64,000 nt of DNA from Octopus vulgaris (Eukaryota): contig OX597822.1 in the NCBI GenBank assembly GCA_951406725.2, positions 98,208,001-98,272,000 of the forward strand. Direction: 5' to 3'. The position numbers and the translations under genes are program-made. Shown here in pieces: positions 59,640-64,000 of this stretch. The notes under the pieces are model-generated. The model made no database searches. It saw only the letters and a program-made list of their open reading frames with translations, and was not told where the DNA came from. Numbering within the stretch: the first letter of the stretch is position 1; the number at the start of each line of letters is the position of its first letter.

Positions 59640-59975
59640 GGTCTCTCAAATGCTGGACATGTTCCATCGACGTTGCTTATGTTTACGCCTTACAAAACAG
59701 AGTGAGAAACAAAGAGGTGACAAAGAGAGCAGGCATGGGAAGTTTGCAGGATATGGTGAGTAAGCATCGGATACGGTCTACTGGCCATGTGCTTCTAGGT
59801 TACCTACATCGTGATGGAGTCGATGCTGGCAGGAGAAGAAAGCCCGAAAGTAAGACCGAGCAAGTCGTAGCGATGTGCGTTCCGGGACGTGTTAACGATG
59901 GGAGTTGGCCCGAGTAATTTGGATGTGTGGAGAAGATTTGTTGACGGTTGTGCTGTTGGCACTGGAGGATCTAAG
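59640..59975 (+). mobile_element. Old RTE LINE 3' remnant
   Basis: LQNRVRNKEVTKRAGMGSLQDMVSKHRIRSTGHVL matches the RTE C-terminal pattern. Confidence 0.55.
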
Positions 59976-61111
59976 AGCTAAAATATGATGGATTCTAAGA
60001 GCTAAAATATAAAAACGACGTATGAGTGTTTAGCTTTATGCCAAACGATCTGTACAAATGACATATTTATAGTGATCATATGTTCGTAACGCATATAAGC
60101 CAATCATCTCTATTAAATCGACGTTGTCTAAACAGTGTACTACGCGTCAGATGTTGAAGTGATTGCAGAGAAATGTGAAATGAAATGTTTAACAGAAGCG
60201 TACAACGTACCACCCGGTCTACATAGTAAAATCCCGATAGCGCCATCGACAGTGCAACACACTAACCCATAGCTTCCCAAAGTGGGCGATTTCAACTTAC
60301 AGGTGGGCGATGGGTGAATGGGTGATCTGAGATTTTGGTGGGTGATATGAACATTTTGTGGGTAACAATGAACTTTTAGAAAGTAAGTCTGCATTTACTG
60401 ATATCTAGGTATGCCTAGAATAAGGATGCACTTTTATCGATTTGTCTACTTGCATGAGACTACTTTGTATTAAAAATTGGACTTGTTTATCGATCGAATA
60501 TTTTTATCACAGCCGTTGCGATGGTTGTCGTGCATGCTAAATATAGCAGCCAAATAGGCCTAGGTCTTAAATCACACTCCACTACAATCTTTTTGTTTTT
60601 GCATAATCGTATGAAGTTCTGAGAATAGAATTCAAATTCACAAAAATTTTCTGAAAATTTCGTAAAATTAAAAGTTATGAGGGGTTTATATGTCATGCGT
60701 AATTCTGTGGCTTCATATCAAAATGCATGCGCTATTTTCAGGAGTTTTACAAAATGTGCAGTCACGCACAAAATGACAGCTTTGAAATCGTGTTTCTTGA
60801 CTGGGTGAAAATGATCACACTTTAAACCTCTATAACTTTTTAAAATCATTTCTCTGGAAAAAGTCGAATAAACTCCAGCAATTTATCTTGGAAAGGTATA
60901 TTAACGTGCCAAATTCTAAAATTTTCGATAAACTTTAATTTTTGAAATGCTGGTAGCCAAACGAGCTAGATCCGTATTTGCTGCAGTAAAGACGTGTCAT
61001 CTGACTCTGCTCTATTATTTTCTCTTTGGGAATCCATACTGCCTTTCTGACACCGTCTGCAGAAATTCGTTTTCACGTTTTCACATTTTCACTTCACTGA
61101 TGCCTCCAGTC

Positions 61112-62560
61112 ATGAAAATTTGTCGACAGTAGAGTAGTGATTATTTATCGTTTGGATTTATTCCCTCTCATCAGAACTGTCAGTTACAATGTGCCTTCTT
61201 TACTATCAAACATTAACCAACGAAGCAATGAAACCTTCCCGCTTGAAGTATCGCTTTGATGCAAAGCATTCTGACAAGAGGGACAAGCCGTTATCATACT
61301 TTTTGCGACTGAGCTCCTCTTTCAAAAAGCAAATACAAACATTCAACAGGCTATTCCAGGAAACTAGTAAACCTGAGAATGACAGGTTCATTACATCGTA
61401 CAACATTGCATTGCTTGTTGCTATGTCTAGGAAGTCTCACACAAATGAAGAAACTTTACTTCGCCCAGTTATCGAAGAGGTTTTGTCAATCGTTATGCAA
61501 GAAAAACCCGATAACATTATGAAGAAGATCCTACTTAATAATAACACCATCTCTCGACGCATCGATGAAATGGCTAACTATATAGCACATTAATATTCTC
61601 CAGCGTTCTGAATTTTCTATACAAGTGGATGAGTCAATTGTTGTGGACAATCAATGTTTGATGATATATGTTCGGTATTTCAGTGAAGACCTTCAGCCTT
61701 GTGAGGAAATGCTGTTTAGAGAAACTGCCGCTTGATTCAAAAGGTGCAACTATTTTTCACACTCTCAAGTCTTTCCTTTTTGACCATATTTCACTCAGTA
61801 ATATTCTTGCCTGTGCATCCGTTGGAGTTCCTTCGATTATAAGAAGATACAGAGGTTTTTCATCTCACCGAAAGCGTGAAATTTCCCACCAGATACTAAC
61901 TGTTCATTGCTTGGCACATCGGCAGCATTTAGTGGCAAAAAATATGAACAGCAGATTGAATGATGCACTACAGTTATTTACCAAAACTGTGAACAAATCG
62001 AAACCCAATCCCTTGTCTGATCGAATTTTCCGTCAACTCTGAGAAATGATGAGGACCATACTAAACTCTTATACCATACCGAAGTGCGGTGGCTGTCAAA
62101 ACGAAACTGTGTTTTACGGTTTGTTAAACTGTTTTATATATCTTTTTCTTTGAAGATACTCCACTATCCGCTTCATTGACAGCTGGAATGTGCGATGTCT
62201 TATTTCTTCCTGATATATTCACAAATTTAAATGATGACTTGAATAAGTTATTGCAAGGAAACAGAAAAGCTCTCGTTGGTTGTAAATCATTTATCACTAC
62301 CTTCATTTCGAAACTGGTGTTGTTGTTTAAGACTAATATTTCAACAACTTGATTCTTTGACAGATGAATTGGTTGATGAAGATTTAACTACATATCGTAA
62401 CTATTTACAATCATTGCACGATAACATGTTGGAGCGATTTCAAGATGTTAATGCGCTGAATATTCCAAATTAGTATGGCAATCCTTTTGAGGTCGATGCA
62501 GTCGACTGCGAGGATGATGTTTAGGAGGAATAGATAGAATCACAAAATGACAATGACTCC
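61112..62560 (+). mobile_element. hAT (Buster/Charlie-type) transposase pseudogene
   Basis: LTNEAMKPSRL, LNNNTISRRIDEMA, FSIQVDES, HCLAHRQHL, LLYHTEVRWLSK; several frameshifts. Confidence 0.9.
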
Positions 62561-63184
62561 ACAAGTGTCCAATTTGTAACAAGGTTTGGATGTCTATTTC
62601 AAGCGTGAATTGGCCCATTAGAATAACTTGCAGGGCTAGTTAAAAATCTATCTCATAGTTGCCAAATCTACAAAAAAATGTATCCAAATCAAAAGCATGC
62701 TCGTGTAGTGTTTAGAAACATAAATTCATGAACTGAAAAGAGATGAGAGAGATTATACAGGTTTTGAGAAGCTAATAAACATCGCAGTTAAATAAGTAGT
62801 GATAAAATAAGCAGTGCACACATACGTGACAGAATTTAAGATATACAGGGAATTGTTTGTATAATATATTTTCTTAACACCTCTATTGAAGATGTGTGCG
62901 TGTGTTTATATATATATATATATATATATTAATAAAAAGAATTCCAACCTTGTCTGATTTTCACGTTTTATTTACAATCTTATAATGATATATTATAAGA
63001 TAATATATTATAATTGAATAAAATAAAATGAAATAGTAGAATGTTAAATATTCATTCTGATTGAACTAGTACTTTCATGCATTGAATTCTGCAATCTTCG
63101 GGTTCATGTAGTAGTGTTGACAGTCATGCTTCACAATTTTTGACTGTAGCAAGATGAGTGATTCTGTGCTATAAATACAGCTGG

Positions 63185-63380
63185 GTATCAATAGTTAGAG
63201 CGTCGGACTCACAATCTTGAGGTAGTGACTTCGATTCCCGGACCGGGCAGTGTGTTGTGTTCTTGAGCAAGATACTTTATTTTACGTTGCAATTCACTCA
63301 ATTGTAGAAATGAGTTACGATGGCACTGATGTCTTTGGCTTTCTCTTGGATAGCATCAGTGGCGTGAAGAGAAAAGGCTG
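63185..63380 (+). mobile_element. Degenerate tRNA-derived CORE-like SINE
   Basis: TAGTTAGAGCGTCGGACTCACAATC...TTCGATTCCCGGACCGGGC head followed by GTGTTCTTGAGCAAGATACTT. Confidence 0.55.
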
Positions 63381-64000
63381 GATATATATATATATCAATT
63401 TAGAAATATGTGTTTATAAGTATATGTATGTGTATTGTCGAGTAAATAGTTAGGGAATATATAAGCTGATAGAATGTGATAAAAGTAAAAGAGAAGAATG
63501 GATTTGAATAGCGAATGTAAATAATGGGTGAACATGTAACGATTTCTCTGTTAGGAACTAACTAATCTTCTGTGACAATATGCTGACGAAAATGAAAAGA
63601 AATGCACGCGAGAATTGGAGTTCTGCTGTCATTGGGTAAAGAATTTGATAGGATATCGATTTTCCACAAGATTATTTCACTGTTTTCTCTTTGTAGCTTC
63701 TAATTTCAATCGTAATCGATAACATGGACAGGGTTAGATTGCTCACCTATGGAAACTAAAACGAACTAGAAAAGTGCTTGTACATGATAACTTTTTGTGC
63801 TAGAGAAAACAGCATTTAAATTTTCCTCAAAACTCGCGCTCCTGTGTTGGAAATGAAAACGGACTTATTAAATATATCAGTCCGGTCTACACTCTACTTC
63901 GAAAATAAAATCGACTAGTTAGTCATAACTGGAGTGCATGCTTTCAGTAATAGATCTGTTCAGTTCTTGCTTATAATACCAACAAAATATACGATGTTGT

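Overview
Eukaryotic, AT-rich, repeat-dense DNA. The SINE repertoire and very long (TA)n/(CATA)n tracts suggest an octopus or other coleoid cephalopod genome (inference). The only host coding sequence I can support is one minus-strand exon of a rhodopsin-class peptide GPCR (CDS 40482-40891, TM1-TM3, ending at a GT donor inside the ERY motif), so the DNA to its left is probably intron. The rest is mobile DNA: three tRNA-derived SINE families, non-autonomous Helitrons, Tc1/mariner, hAT and MULE remnants, a Merlin-like MITE, Penelope-like pieces with hammerhead-like motifs, and RTE, HERO-like and R4-like LINE remnants. The most striking structure is at 16.2-38.0 kb. Five young CR1-clade LINE copies from three families, one with an intact 1003-aa EN-RT ORF2, all sit inside one polarised TA/CATA microsatellite field. 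That field is bracketed by the 3' half and the 5' half of a SINE family that carries an internal microsatellite. The same SINE ends in the same 3' motif and stem-loop as the LINEs. This suggests a SINE-LINE-microsatellite feedback loop: the LINE mobilises the SINE, and the SINE seeds the LINE's landing pad. The LINEs also have a CCCH zinc-finger ORF1 and a conserved long hairpin containing a U-run at the ORF1/ORF2 overlap. The long Y/I/H/T/C/V/M ORFs in the track are microsatellite artefacts.
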